This document shows positions 29,464 to 39,724 of a stretch of DNA of 64,000 nucleotides, piece by piece. The first letter of the stretch is position 1. Each line of letters begins with the position of its first letter. Both the position numbers and the translations under genes were made by a program. The stretch is taken from NCBI GenBank assembly GCA_035492395.1, contig DATJJH010000177.1, positions 14,035 through 78,034 of the forward strand. The letters are read 5' to 3'. This stretch comes from Trinickia sp. GTDB lineage: Bacteria; Pseudomonadota; Gammaproteobacteria; Burkholderiales; Burkholderiaceae. The notes beneath the pieces were generated by a model, which made no database searches, was not told where the DNA came from, and was given only the letters and a program-made list of their open reading frames with translations.

Positions 29464-30821
29464 CCGGCGCTCAGCCGAAGGCAATGGCGAAACCGCCGGC
29501 TCGCGGAAAAGACGTCGCCTGGCGCAAAACAGATACCGTGCTCGAGCGCCGCATCGAACAAAGCGCGCGTATCGATCTTGCGGGACAACTCCAGCCAAAG
29601 GACGAACCCGCCTTCGGGCCGGCTCGCTTTGGTATCGACGGGAAAGCTCGCTTCCACCGCGCGTGTCATGCGGGCGAGGTTGTCTTGGAAGATGCGCCGC
29701 ACGCGGCGCAGATGCGTGTCGTACGCGCCCGTGGCCAAGAACTCGGCAAGTGCGCGCTGTGGCAGCACGGCGCTGCACAGGCTGAACGCGAGCTTGCGTT
29801 CGATCACGCGCGCCATGTGTCGGCCCCCGGCGATCCAGCCTACGCGATAGCCCGGTGCGATGCTTTTTGAAAACGAGCTGCAATAGAGCGTATTCGCCCC
29901 GCCGTCGAGCGCGATGAAGGGCCTCGGTCGTTCCCGGCCGAAATGCAGGTCTCCGTAAGTGTCGTCTTCGATCAGCGGGACGTCGTGCGCTTGCAGCACG
30001 TCGAGGAGCGCTCTCTTGTTAGCTTCGGGCATCGTCGAGCCGAGCGGGTTGTTGAAGCTCGAGGAAAGCACGCAGGCCGAGATCGTCTCGGTATCGAGCA
30101 GACGCGAAAGCGCGGCCACGTCGATGCCGGCCGTCGGAGAGGTCGGCAGTTCGAACGCCTTGAGTCCCAGCGCTTCGAGCGTATGAAGGAGCCCGAAATA
30201 AGTCGGCGATTCAATCGCGACCGCATCGCCGCGTTGCGCCACGGCCGATAGCGCGAGCGCTAGCGCTTCAGTGCAGCCGCAGGTGATCACGATATCGTCG
30301 GCCGACAACGCGTGGCCGACGCGCATGGCGCGTTGCGCCAGGGCTTGCCGAAGCGAGCGTTCGCCGCGAGGCGCCGAATAAATATTGGCGTCGCCGCCTT
30401 GCGTGCGCGCGAGGCGAGAAAGCGTGCGGTCCAACTTCGCCGCTTGGAGCAATGCCGCATCGGGCACGGCGCAGCCGAGCGGCACGAGCGACGTATTCGA
30501 CGCGTATTCGAGCAGGTGCGCCACGGCGCCGCTGATCGATACGGTCGAGGGTTTGCTTCTTCCGCGCGAGGCGGACGGCAGCGCGAACGACGTCGCGTGC
30601 GCGGCGTTGACATAGAAGCCCGATTGCGGCCGGGCGATCAGAACGCCGCGCTGCTCGAGCAGCCGATAGGCCTGCAGCGCCGTCGACAGGCTGATGCGAT
30701 GCTGCTCGCACACCGCGCGCAACGACGGAAGGCGCTCGCCCGGCGTCAGCGTGCCTTTCTCGATCATGCCTGTGATCAGATCGGCAAGCTGTTCGTAGCG
30801 GTGGGCGGTGGGGCGATCCAT
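29388..30821 (-). CDS. MocR/GabR-type GntR regulator with PLP aminotransferase domain
   Basis: N-terminal GERLPSLR wHTH; IEDDTY and SSFSKSIAPGYRVGW (PLP Lys). Confidence 0.93.
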   Translation of the reverse strand: MDRPTAHRYEQLADLITGMIEKGTLTPGERLPSLRAVCEQHRISLSTALQAYRLLEQRGVLIARPQSGFYVNAAHATSFALPSASRGRSKPSTVSISGAVAHLLEYASNTSLVPLGCAVPDAALLQAAKLDRTLSRLARTQGGDANIYSAPRGERSLRQALAQRAMRVGHALSADDIVITCGCTEALALALSAVAQRGDAVAIESPTYFGLLHTLEALGLKAFELPTSPTAGIDVAALSRLLDTETISACVLSSSFNNPLGSTMPEANKRALLDVLQAHDVPLIEDDTYGDLHFGRERPRPFIALDGGANTLYCSSFSKSIAPGYRVGWIAGGRHMARVIERKLAFSLCSAVLPQRALAEFLATGAYDTHLRRVRRIFQDNLARMTRAVEASFPVDTKASRPEGGFVLWLELSRKIDTRALFDAALEHGICFAPGDVFSASRRFRHCLRLSAGYSWTPQIESGVHTLGRLAREMSSD

Positions 30822-30881
30822 GGGGGCGAGCAGGGCGATCGAGAAGGGCCATTATCGGCGCATATGGAGCCATGGGCCAAT

Positions 30882-30914
30882 AAAATTGTTCTGGTTCATT
30901 TCGTGAAAAATTGT
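30882..30914. promoter_or_regulatory. AAAATTGT direct repeat in MocR/cupin intergenic region (candidate operator)
   Basis: aaaattgt at 30882-89 and 30907-14 between divergent genes. Confidence 0.35.
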
Positions 30915-30994
30915 GGCTGTTATCGCTGAGCGAACGGCGCTACGATGCGTTCCGTTTTCGGCGAATTTTCGTCGAACGGCACAATGGAGCGGGC

Positions 30995-31396
30995 ATGATG
31001 AAGCAAAACGCGGAGACCACCCGTCAAGGTGTGGGTGTGGTCGTCAACTTGAGCGAAAAGCTCGGCCTGATCGCGGAGCGCTGGAGCCCACGCGTCGTCG
31101 CGCAGATGAACGACTATCAGTTCAAGGTTGTGAAGGTGCAGGGCGACTTCGTTTGGCACAGCCATGCCGATACCGACGAGACGTTCTTCGTCGTGGCCGG
31201 TGAAGTGCGCATCGACCTGCGCACCGGGCCTGTGCATTTGCGCGCGGGCGATCTTTACGTCGTGCCGCGTGGCGTCGAGCACAAGCCTTATGCCGAGCAT
31301 GAAGCCAGCCTGATGTTGATCGAGCCCACCGGCGTGCTCAATACCGGGGACGAGGCGCGCAACGACCGCACCCAGCCGAACGACGTCTGGATATAG
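30995..31396 (+). CDS. Cupin domain protein
   Basis: WSPRVVAQMNDY, FVWHSHADTDETF and VVPRGVEHKP motifs. Confidence 0.9.
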   Translation: MMKQNAETTRQGVGVVVNLSEKLGLIAERWSPRVVAQMNDYQFKVVKVQGDFVWHSHADTDETFFVVAGEVRIDLRTGPVHLRAGDLYVVPRGVEHKPYAEHEASLMLIEPTGVLNTGDEARNDRTQPNDVWI

Positions 31397-31513
31397 AAAC
31401 GTCTGAATCGCTTGTCACCGCTTATTGCCGTCCTTAAACTCGCGCGTGATTCCAATGCGCCGCCGCAACGAGGCGGCGCCCCACCCCCCCACGCGAGAAG
31501 GAGCAGAGCGAGC

Positions 31514-32821
31514 ATGGCCGAATCCTATTTTCCACGCTGGCGCCCGGTGCCCGGCGCCATCGAGGGCCGCGTCGTCGCGCCCGACGAGCGCTTGCCCTGG
31601 CCGCAAACGCTCGCCATGGGCATTCAGCACGTCGTCGCCATGTTCGGCTCGACCGTGCTTGCCCCGCTGCTGATGGGCTTCGACCCGAACCTGTGCATTT
31701 TCATGTCGGGCATCGGCACGCTGCTGTTCTTCGTGCTGGTCGGCGGCCGCGTGCCGAGCTACCTCGGTTCGAGCTTTTCGTTCATCGGTCTCGTCATCGC
31801 CGTCACCGCCTACGCGGGCCACGGCCCGAACGCGAACATCCCCGTCGCGCTCGGCGGCATCATCGCCTGCGGCGTCGTCTATGCGGTCATCGGGCTCATC
31901 GTCGGCGCGGTCGGCACGCGATGGATCGAGGCGCTTATGCCGCCCGTCGTCACGGGCTCGATCGTCGCCGTTATCGGCCTGAATCTCGCGCCGATCGCCG
32001 TCAAGAGCGTGAGCGGTTCGACGTTCGATTCGTGGATGGCCGTCGTGACCGTGCTAAGCGTCGGCATCGTCGCCGTGTTTACGCGCGGCATGATGCAGCG
32101 GCTCTTGATCCTCGTCGGCTTGCTCATCGCGTATGCGATCTATGCCGTCGCCACCAACGGCATGGGGCTCGGCAAGCCGATCGACTTCTCGATCGTCGCT
32201 CATGCCGCCTGGTTCGGTTTGCCGCACTTCTCGGCGCCCGTTTTCGATCCGCACGCGATGCTGCTGCTCGCCCCGGTTGCGGTGATCCTCGTTGCCGAGA
32301 ATCTCGGGCACATCAAGGCCGTCAGCGCCATGACGGGGCAAAACCTCGATCGCTACATCGGTCGCGCTTTCGTCGGCGACGGCCTCGCGACCATCGTCTC
32401 GGGTTTCGCGGGCGGCACGGGTGTGACGACCTATGCGGAAAACATCGGCGTGATGGCCGTCACGAAGATCTATTCGACGGTCGTGTTCGTCGTGGCCGCC
32501 GTCATCGCGCTCGTGCTCGGTTTCTCGCCGAAATTCGGCGCGCTGATCGAAACGATCCCGGGCCCGGTGCTCGGCGGCGTGTCGATCGTCGTCTTCGGCC
32601 TGATCGCCGTGACCGGCGCACGCATTTGGGTGGTCAACAAGGTCGACTTCTCCGATAACCGCAACTTGATCGTCGCGGCCGTCACGCTCGTGATCGGCGC
32701 CGGCAACTTCTCGTTGCAGGTCGGCGGCTTCGCGCTCGGCGGCATCGGCACCGCCACGTTCGGGGCGATCTTGCTCTACGCGTTGCTGCGCCGCGAAATG
32801 GCGCGCGGCCCCGTGCTCTAA
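31514..32821 (+). CDS. NCS2 nucleobase permease (RutG/UraA-like)
   Basis: QHVVAMFG, PSYLGSSF, ENLGH and TTYAENIGV motifs. Confidence 0.92.
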   Translation: MAESYFPRWRPVPGAIEGRVVAPDERLPWPQTLAMGIQHVVAMFGSTVLAPLLMGFDPNLCIFMSGIGTLLFFVLVGGRVPSYLGSSFSFIGLVIAVTAYAGHGPNANIPVALGGIIACGVVYAVIGLIVGAVGTRWIEALMPPVVTGSIVAVIGLNLAPIAVKSVSGSTFDSWMAVVTVLSVGIVAVFTRGMMQRLLILVGLLIAYAIYAVATNGMGLGKPIDFSIVAHAAWFGLPHFSAPVFDPHAMLLLAPVAVILVAENLGHIKAVSAMTGQNLDRYIGRAFVGDGLATIVSGFAGGTGVTTYAENIGVMAVTKIYSTVVFVVAAVIALVLGFSPKFGALIETIPGPVLGGVSIVVFGLIAVTGARIWVVNKVDFSDNRNLIVAAVTLVIGAGNFSLQVGGFALGGIGTATFGAILLYALLRREMARGPVL

Positions 32822-33149
32822 GCGTCACGCTCGCGCTCGTCGCGGGCCCGCGTGCACCGGAACGGTGCGGGCGGGACTCGCCGGCGCGGGTGCGCTGCAA
32901 AGGGATCGCGGCAACCGAGGCTCGCGCACGCGCTTGCCTATTAGTCTTCCGGGCTTGACGCCCCGCCCTGCGCGAGCGCGCATGGACCTTGCTTTCGTCA
33001 CGGCTGCCACTACAGTAAAAAGAACCGAGGGAGCCGTTGATGACGCTGACCGTCTTTCGCTTTCAATGCAGTGTTTGCCGTCCGGGTTGCCCGTCGCGGA
33101 GCGTTCGAGACGTTCCCGACGCGCGCCGCGCCCGTGCGCGGAGATCGCC

Positions 33150-34418
33150 ATGGTGACGCCTGTCCATGAACGCGCCGCGGCGCCCGCGCTCGAGTCCGAC
33201 GCGTCGTCGGGCTTGCAGCGCTATGCGCTGCGCCACCGCGATCTCACGCTCACGAGCGTGTTCCAACCGATCTTCAGCCTGGCGCATTTGCGGGCGGTCG
33301 GCTACGAGGGGCTGCTGCGCGCGCATGATGTGTTCGACCGCCCCGTGCCGCCGCTCGACGTCTTCGGCGATGCCGCCCGTCAAGGCGAGCTGCATTATGT
33401 CGATCGCCTCGCGCAGTCGCTGCATTTGGAGAACTTCAAGACGTTGCGCGCTGAGCGCGAGTGGCTCTTCCTGAACGTCCATGCGGGCGCGCTGGCCGAT
33501 TCGTATCACGCGGCGGCATTCGGCGCGCATCTCGATCGCCTCGGCTTGTCGGCACGCCGCATCGTCCTCGAGCTGCAGGCCGTGCAAGCCGAGGATTTCG
33601 ACAAGCTCGCGGAGGAAGCGCGCCGCTTTCGCGAGCAGGGTTTCTTGATCGCACTCGACGATTTCGGCGCCGGCGATTCGAATCTCGAGCGGATCTGGCA
33701 ACTCGATCCCGACATCGTGAAGGTCGATCGCATGATGCTCTCGCAGGCGGCGCATCGAACCCAGGCCGCCGCGATTCTACCGGGGTTCGTGGCGATGCTG
33801 CACGAGGCGGGCAAACTCGTGCTCATCGAAGGCGTCGAGACCGAGCACGAGGCTCAGCTCGCCTTTTCGTGCGATGCGGATTTCGTCCAGGGCTTCCACT
33901 TCGGCCGCCCGAGCCCCGCGTCCGCCGACAGCGTCTACGCGGCCGAGCGCATCGCGGCGCTGGTGGAGCGGCATCGCCAGCAAGACTCGGCGCGCGAGCG
34001 CGGGCGCGCGAGCCGGCTTGCGCCTTATCTGCGCGCGTTCGAGCGCGCCGGCGAGCGTCTCGCGCAAGGCGAGCCGCTCGAGGAAGTCTGCTGGAATTTT
34101 CTTGCGCTCGATCGCGCCGCGCGGTGTTTCTTGCTCGACGAACAAGGGCGTCAAACGGGGCGCAACGTCGTGCTGCGCGCGGACCGCGCGGGGCAGGAGG
34201 CGCGCTTTCTCCCTGTCGCCGATGCGCAGGGCGCCAACTGGATGCGTCGTCCGTACTTCATCGCGGCGATGCAAGCGCCCGAGCGCGTGCATGCGACGAA
34301 GCCGTACCTGTCGATCAACGAAGCGCTGCCTTGCATCACGCTGTCGATGTCGGTTCGCGTCGGCGAGCGCGCGTGCGTGCTGTGCGCAGACATCGACTGG
34401 ATCGGCGAGGACGCTTAG
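33150..34418 (+). CDS. EAL-domain c-di-GMP phosphodiesterase with C-terminal EAL-associated (YkuI_C-like) domain
   Basis: FQPI, EGLLR, FLNV, DDFGAG, EGVE and QGF motifs; C-terminal WMRRPYF. Confidence 0.88.
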   Translation: MVTPVHERAAAPALESDASSGLQRYALRHRDLTLTSVFQPIFSLAHLRAVGYEGLLRAHDVFDRPVPPLDVFGDAARQGELHYVDRLAQSLHLENFKTLRAEREWLFLNVHAGALADSYHAAAFGAHLDRLGLSARRIVLELQAVQAEDFDKLAEEARRFREQGFLIALDDFGAGDSNLERIWQLDPDIVKVDRMMLSQAAHRTQAAAILPGFVAMLHEAGKLVLIEGVETEHEAQLAFSCDADFVQGFHFGRPSPASADSVYAAERIAALVERHRQQDSARERGRASRLAPYLRAFERAGERLAQGEPLEEVCWNFLALDRAARCFLLDEQGRQTGRNVVLRADRAGQEARFLPVADAQGANWMRRPYFIAAMQAPERVHATKPYLSINEALPCITLSMSVRVGERACVLCADIDWIGEDA

Positions 34419-34703
34419 CCCGCCAGAGCGCCACTGTCCGCCCGCTACGAGCGGGTGCGCATCGAACCCTCCCCCTTCGATCATTGCCGTTCGCCGTCGC
34501 GCGCGGCTTGATCTGTCGCCGTGCGCGCCTATTATCAGGGGTAGGCGCGACCGGCCGGGCGCGATCGTCGGTTGATCCGCTCGGGCGGTAAGGCGCGCGT
34601 ATTGCTACCGGCAATACACGCGTGTCCGCGGCCGCCGATCGGTGCTTGCCGCACCGAAGGCCGAGACGCGCTCCCATTGATAACAAGCACAAGGAGCACA
34701 GAC

Positions 34704-35906
34704 ATGATGGTTCGGCATCGCGCATCGCGCGCATTCGACGGTCTACGGCAAGCGGTGCTCGGCGGCATGAGCGCGCTCGTACTCGCGGCCGCTGCCGCGC
34801 CTGGCGCGGCGCTGGCGCAGGAGACGGTCAAGATCGGCGTGCCCGTGCCGCTCTCGGGCAGCTACTCCACGGCCGGCAAGGACATCCTGAACGGGGCGCA
34901 GCTCGCGGCAAACGACATCAACGCGCATGGCGGCGTGCTCGGCAAGAAAATCGAACTCGTGCCGCAAGACGACCAGTGCGATGCGGATGCCGCTGCGCAA
35001 GCCGCGCAAACGCTTGTCGGCAAAGAAGTCGTGGCCGTGGCGGGCGGCTATTGCTCGAGTTCGGCGCTGCCGGAATTGCGTGTGTTTCACGGCGCGGGCC
35101 TCGCCTTCGTGATGGATGCCTCGACGAACCCCGAACTCACCGAGAAAGGTTGGGACAACGCTTTCCGCACGATCGGCCGGGACGACGAGCAGGGGCCGTT
35201 CGCGGCCAAGCTCATGAAGGAGGTCTTGCATGCGAAGAAGGTCGCCGTCATCAACGACAACACGACCTATTCCAAGGGGCTGGCCGAAAACACCATCGAA
35301 GCGTTGAAGAAGCAAGGGATCGAAGTCGTCTATGACGATGCCGTGACGCCGGGGCAGATCGACTATGCCGATGTCGCCAAGCAGGTGGCCGAAACGAAAC
35401 CCGACGTGATCTACTACACGGGCTACTATCCCGAGGCGGCTGCGATCGCCATGGACGTTCGCCAGCTGAAGCTGCCGGTCAAGTATCTGATGGGCGGCGA
35501 CGCCACGACGGACCCCACATTGATCAAAAAGGCGGGCGCCTCCGCCAAGGGCATGATCTGCACGACGGCGCCCTTGCCGCGGTTCCTCACCGGGGCAAAG
35601 GCGCGCCGCTTCATCGACGACTACAAGAAGGCGTATGGCGCCTCGCCCGGCCCGTATTCGATCTATGAATACGATGCGGTCATGGTCACCGCCAAGGCGA
35701 TCGCCGACGCGAAGTCGACGAAGCCGGCCGACATCGTCGCGGCGCTGCATAAGGTTTCGAACTACGCGGGCGCGACGGGCGACATCACATTCAACGACAA
35801 GGGCGATCGCGCCAAGGCCGTCTACATGGCGATCATCGCGCAAGGGCAAGAGTTTCGGGCCTACCGGCAACTCGACGCGAACGGCCGTTGGATTTCGCCG
35901 AAATAG
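34704..35906 (+). CDS. Branched-chain amino acid ABC substrate-binding protein (LivJ-like), orphan
   Basis: KIGVPVPLSG, INAHGGVLG, DDQCD, GGYCSS and YSKGLA motifs; signal peptide. Confidence 0.9.
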   Translation: MMVRHRASRAFDGLRQAVLGGMSALVLAAAAAPGAALAQETVKIGVPVPLSGSYSTAGKDILNGAQLAANDINAHGGVLGKKIELVPQDDQCDADAAAQAAQTLVGKEVVAVAGGYCSSSALPELRVFHGAGLAFVMDASTNPELTEKGWDNAFRTIGRDDEQGPFAAKLMKEVLHAKKVAVINDNTTYSKGLAENTIEALKKQGIEVVYDDAVTPGQIDYADVAKQVAETKPDVIYYTGYYPEAAAIAMDVRQLKLPVKYLMGGDATTDPTLIKKAGASAKGMICTTAPLPRFLTGAKARRFIDDYKKAYGASPGPYSIYEYDAVMVTAKAIADAKSTKPADIVAALHKVSNYAGATGDITFNDKGDRAKAVYMAIIAQGQEFRAYRQLDANGRWISPK

Positions 35907-35913
35907 CGGCCCC

Positions 35914-38900
35914 TTACTTCGCGACGACGACGGGGATGCCGCGCAGCGAGCCGGCGCCCTTCATTTCGTCGAGGGCATGCTGCACGCCCTCGCTCGTCGC
36001 CGCATCGAGCCCGATGCGCGTCGCGAGTTCCCGTTCGCTGCGCTTCACGCTTGCGAGGTTGCGCAGCTTGACGTGCCCATAACCGCGCACGCGGGCGTGA
36101 AGGTCGGCCAGCGTGGCGATATCTTCGGCATTGGCCTCGGTCACCAGCGCGAAGGCGCGGCGCATGGTCGTTTCGTAGTCGTCGGCGAGCGCGCGCTCCA
36201 TGCGTCGTTCGACGGTGCGGCCGAACGGATCGAGCGCCGTGCCGCGCAGGCCGCGCCACTTCGCGAGCATGCCGAGCACCGGCCACAGCCATTGGCCGAA
36301 CGTGCGCTTGGTGGGCGCCTCGCCCGCCTTGGCCTTCGCGAGCGAGGGCGGAGCGAGATTGAATTTCACGCTGAAGTCTTTGCCGGCCGTCCCTTCGAAT
36401 TGCGCTTCCAATGTCTCGCGGAACGCGGGATCGGTATAGAGGCGTGCGACTTCGTACTCGTCCTTCACCGCTAGCAGCCGATAGAACGTGGTCGCAACGG
36501 CGCGAGCCAGGCGCGCCTGCGGGACGTCTCGTTCGGCTTCCCGCGCCGCACCGACGAGCGCGCGATAGCGCTGCACGTAGCGAGGGCCGCCATAGCTGGC
36601 GAGGCGGGCCTCCCGATCGGCAATCAGCGCATCGAGGTCGATCGATTCGACAGATTGCGCACCCGTTGCGTCATGTCCGACGCGCGCGGCATGCCGCTCG
36701 GCCCACAGCGCCTCGAGCCCCGCCGGGTCGCCGGCCGCGAGGCGGCCGACGGCGAACGCGAGCTTGTTCATCGGCACGGCGACGTTGTTCAATTCGATCG
36801 CCCGCATGAGCGCGGCGTGCGAGACGGGAACGAGGCCCAACTGCCACGCGTAGCCGAGCATGAGGATGTTCGCGCCGATCGTGTCGCCCAGGAACTTGGC
36901 GGCCAACGCTTGCGCGTCGCACGCCGACATGAACTCGGCGCCCGCCGCGTGCCGCATCTTGTCGATGAGCGCATCGGCATGCAGGCTCGCGTCGGGATTG
37001 CTCACGAACGCCGCATTGGGGATCGCGTGTGTGTTGACGACGATGCGCGTGCGGCCGTGCCGTACCGTCTGCAGGGCGTCGGCGCTGGCGCCGACCACCA
37101 TGTCGCAGGCGAGCAGAACGTCGGCTTGCTGCGTGTCGATGCGCACCTGGTTCAGCCATTCGTCGCGCGCGGCGAAGCGCACGAACGAGAGCACCGAGCC
37201 GCCCTTCTGCGCGAAGCCCATGAAGTCGAGCACGGACGCGCTCTTGCCTTCGAGGTGCGCCGCCATGCTGATGAGCGCGCCGACCGTCACGACGCCGGTG
37301 CCGCCCACGCCCGTCACCAAGATGTCGTACGGCGCCGCGTCGAGCTTCGCTTGCGGCGTGGCCAGGGCATCGACGCGGCGCGCCAGCGCCGCTTCGTCGA
37401 AGGCCGCGCCGGCCGCCTTTTTCAGCTTGCCGCCTTCGATCGTGACGAAGCTCGGGCAAAAGCCGTTGACGCAGGAGAAGTCCTTGTTGCACGACGATTG
37501 ATCGATGCGGCGCTTGCGCCCGAGCGGCGTCTCGACGGGTTCGACGGACAGGCAGTTCGACTGCACGCCGCAATCGCCGCAGCCTTCGCATACGGCTTCG
37601 TTGATGAAAAGACGTTTGTCCGGATCGGGAAATTCGCCCTTCTTGCGGCGGCGGCGTTTCTCGGCGGCGCAGGTCTGATCGTAGATCAGCACGGTCACGC
37701 CCGGCGTTTCACGCAGCTCGCGCTGCACGGCGTCGAGCTCGCGCCGGTGGTGGAACGTCGTGCCCTTCGGAAAGAGACCGTGGTGGCCGCCGTACTTTTC
37801 CGGCTCGTCCGATACGACGACGAAGCGCGACACGCCTTCGGCCTCGACTTGCCGGGCGATCTGCGGCACGGAGATGCTGCCGTCGACCGGCTGACCGCCC
37901 GTCATCGCGACGGCATCGTTATAGAGAATCTTGTAGGTGATGTTCGTCTTGGCGGCCACGGCTTGCCGGATTGCAAGAATGCCCGAATGGAAGTACGTGC
38001 CGTCGCCGAGGTTCTGAAACACGTGGGGCGTTTTCGTGAACATCGAATGCGCAGCCCAGTCGACCCCTTCGCCGCCCATCTGGATGAGCCCGGTCGTGCC
38101 GCGGTCCATCCACGAGGCCATGAAGTGGCAGCCGATGCCCGCGTGCGCGATGGAGCCCTCGGGCACCTTCGTGGACGTATTGTGCGGGCAGCCCGAGCAG
38201 AAGTACGGCGTGCGGCGCACGGCGTCGGCCGCGTTGGACAAGATGTTCGGCGCGACGAGATCGACGACCCGTTCGCGGCGATCGAGCGCGCGTTTGTGCC
38301 GCGCGAGCCACTCGGCGAAGACGGGCAGCACGCGCGAGGGGCGCAACTCGCCCAGCGAGGAAAGCAGCGGCGCGCCGCTCGCATCGTGCTTGCCGATGAC
38401 GACGGGGCGTTCGCCCGCCGGCCGGTTGAAGAGATGGTCCTTGATCTGCTGCTCGATGACGGGCCCTTTCTCCTCGATGACGAGCACTTCCGTGAGGCCT
38501 TGGACGAACGTATCGATGCGCGTCATTTCGAGCGGAAACGAAAGCCCGACCTTGTAGATGCGCACGCCGGCCGCGTCGAGATCGGCGAGCGTCAGGTCGA
38601 GTCGGCGCAGCGCCTCCATGAGGTCGAGATGCGCCTTGCCGCACGTGACGATGCCGACATCCGCTTTCGCGCTCGTGGCAATCCACTTGTCGATGCTGTT
38701 CGCGCGGGCGAACATGCGCACCGCGTCGAGCTTTGCCTCGAGCCGCGCCTCGATCGTGAGGCTCGGTAGATCGGGCCAGCGATTGTGCAGACCGCCGTCC
38801 GGAGCGGCGAAGCCTTCGGGCGCGGGCCAGTGAGTCGTCAGCGCGTCGAGATCGACGGTCGAGCCCGATTCGACGGTCTCCGAAATCGCCTTGAAGCCCA

Positions 38901-39519
38901 CCCAGGCGCCCGAGAAGCGCGACAGCGCGAAGCCGTAGGGGCCGAATTCGAGCATGTCGGCGATATGCGAGGGGTTCACGATCGGCATGTGCCAGGCCAT
39001 CATCGCGAAGTCGCTTTGATGGGGCATCGACGACGAGACGCAGCCATGATCGTCGCCGGCCACGACAAGCACGCCGCCGTGAGGCGAGGAGCCGTACGCG
39101 TTGCCGTGCTTGAGCGCATCGCCCGCGCGGTCGACGCCGGGCCCCTTGCCGTACCACATGGCGAAGACGCCGTCGACCGTACGTTCGGTGTCGGCCTCCA
39201 CCCGCTGGGTGCCGAGCACGGCCGTACCGCCGAGCTCCTCGTTGATGGCGGGCAGAAAGCGCACGTCGCTCGCGGCGAGCAGTTTCTTGGCTTTCCACAT
39301 CTGCTGATCGACCATGCCGAGCGGCGAACCGCGATAGCCGCTGACGAAGCCGGCCGTGTTCCAGCCGATCGCGCGGTCCAGTTCGCGCTGCGTCAGCATG
39401 ATGCGAACGAGCGCCTGCGTGCCGGTGAGGAAGATGCGGCCGCGCGTGGCGGTCAGGTTGTCGGTGAGGCGGTACTCGGATAGAGCAGGCGTGCCGTCGA
39501 TCGGCAAGCGGGCAGTCAT
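35914..39519 (-). CDS. Fused indolepyruvate ferredoxin oxidoreductase family protein
   Basis: SGYRGSPLG, FCSGCPHN, GDGTYFHSG (TPP), CEGCGDC, GVGGTGV and RGYGHVK motifs; GAAGGAG RBS. Confidence 0.93.
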   Translation of the reverse strand: MTARLPIDGTPALSEYRLTDNLTATRGRIFLTGTQALVRIMLTQRELDRAIGWNTAGFVSGYRGSPLGMVDQQMWKAKKLLAASDVRFLPAINEELGGTAVLGTQRVEADTERTVDGVFAMWYGKGPGVDRAGDALKHGNAYGSSPHGGVLVVAGDDHGCVSSSMPHQSDFAMMAWHMPIVNPSHIADMLEFGPYGFALSRFSGAWVGFKAISETVESGSTVDLDALTTHWPAPEGFAAPDGGLHNRWPDLPSLTIEARLEAKLDAVRMFARANSIDKWIATSAKADVGIVTCGKAHLDLMEALRRLDLTLADLDAAGVRIYKVGLSFPLEMTRIDTFVQGLTEVLVIEEKGPVIEQQIKDHLFNRPAGERPVVIGKHDASGAPLLSSLGELRPSRVLPVFAEWLARHKRALDRRERVVDLVAPNILSNAADAVRRTPYFCSGCPHNTSTKVPEGSIAHAGIGCHFMASWMDRGTTGLIQMGGEGVDWAAHSMFTKTPHVFQNLGDGTYFHSGILAIRQAVAAKTNITYKILYNDAVAMTGGQPVDGSISVPQIARQVEAEGVSRFVVVSDEPEKYGGHHGLFPKGTTFHHRRELDAVQRELRETPGVTVLIYDQTCAAEKRRRRKKGEFPDPDKRLFINEAVCEGCGDCGVQSNCLSVEPVETPLGRKRRIDQSSCNKDFSCVNGFCPSFVTIEGGKLKKAAGAAFDEAALARRVDALATPQAKLDAAPYDILVTGVGGTGVVTVGALISMAAHLEGKSASVLDFMGFAQKGGSVLSFVRFAARDEWLNQVRIDTQQADVLLACDMVVGASADALQTVRHGRTRIVVNTHAIPNAAFVSNPDASLHADALIDKMRHAAGAEFMSACDAQALAAKFLGDTIGANILMLGYAWQLGLVPVSHAALMRAIELNNVAVPMNKLAFAVGRLAAGDPAGLEALWAERHAARVGHDATGAQSVESIDLDALIADREARLASYGGPRYVQRYRALVGAAREAERDVPQARLARAVATTFYRLLAVKDEYEVARLYTDPAFRETLEAQFEGTAGKDFSVKFNLAPPSLAKAKAGEAPTKRTFGQWLWPVLGMLAKWRGLRGTALDPFGRTVERRMERALADDYETTMRRAFALVTEANAEDIATLADLHARVRGYGHVKLRNLASVKRSERELATRIGLDAATSEGVQHALDEMKGAGSLRGIPVVVAK

Positions 39520-39724
39520 GTCGATGTCTCCTTCGATCCCTTTTGCCCGCTCAAGGCGTCTGATCCGCGCAGCGCGGGCGACGCCCATCGGACGCGGGGC
39601 GGTGAAGGCTCTATTCTTTAGCGGAAAAAGGGGAGGAATTTTGCTATCTCGCCTACGAAGTGTCGCAGGCTTGGCAATTCACACCCAGAGAACGCGGGAT
39701 CGGAGAGGATTTTTTCGGTGAAGC

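Noticed and set aside
33016-33040. sigma28 promoter before the EAL gene
   Set aside because: The TAAA to GCCGTTGA spacing is 13 nt, too short for consensus.
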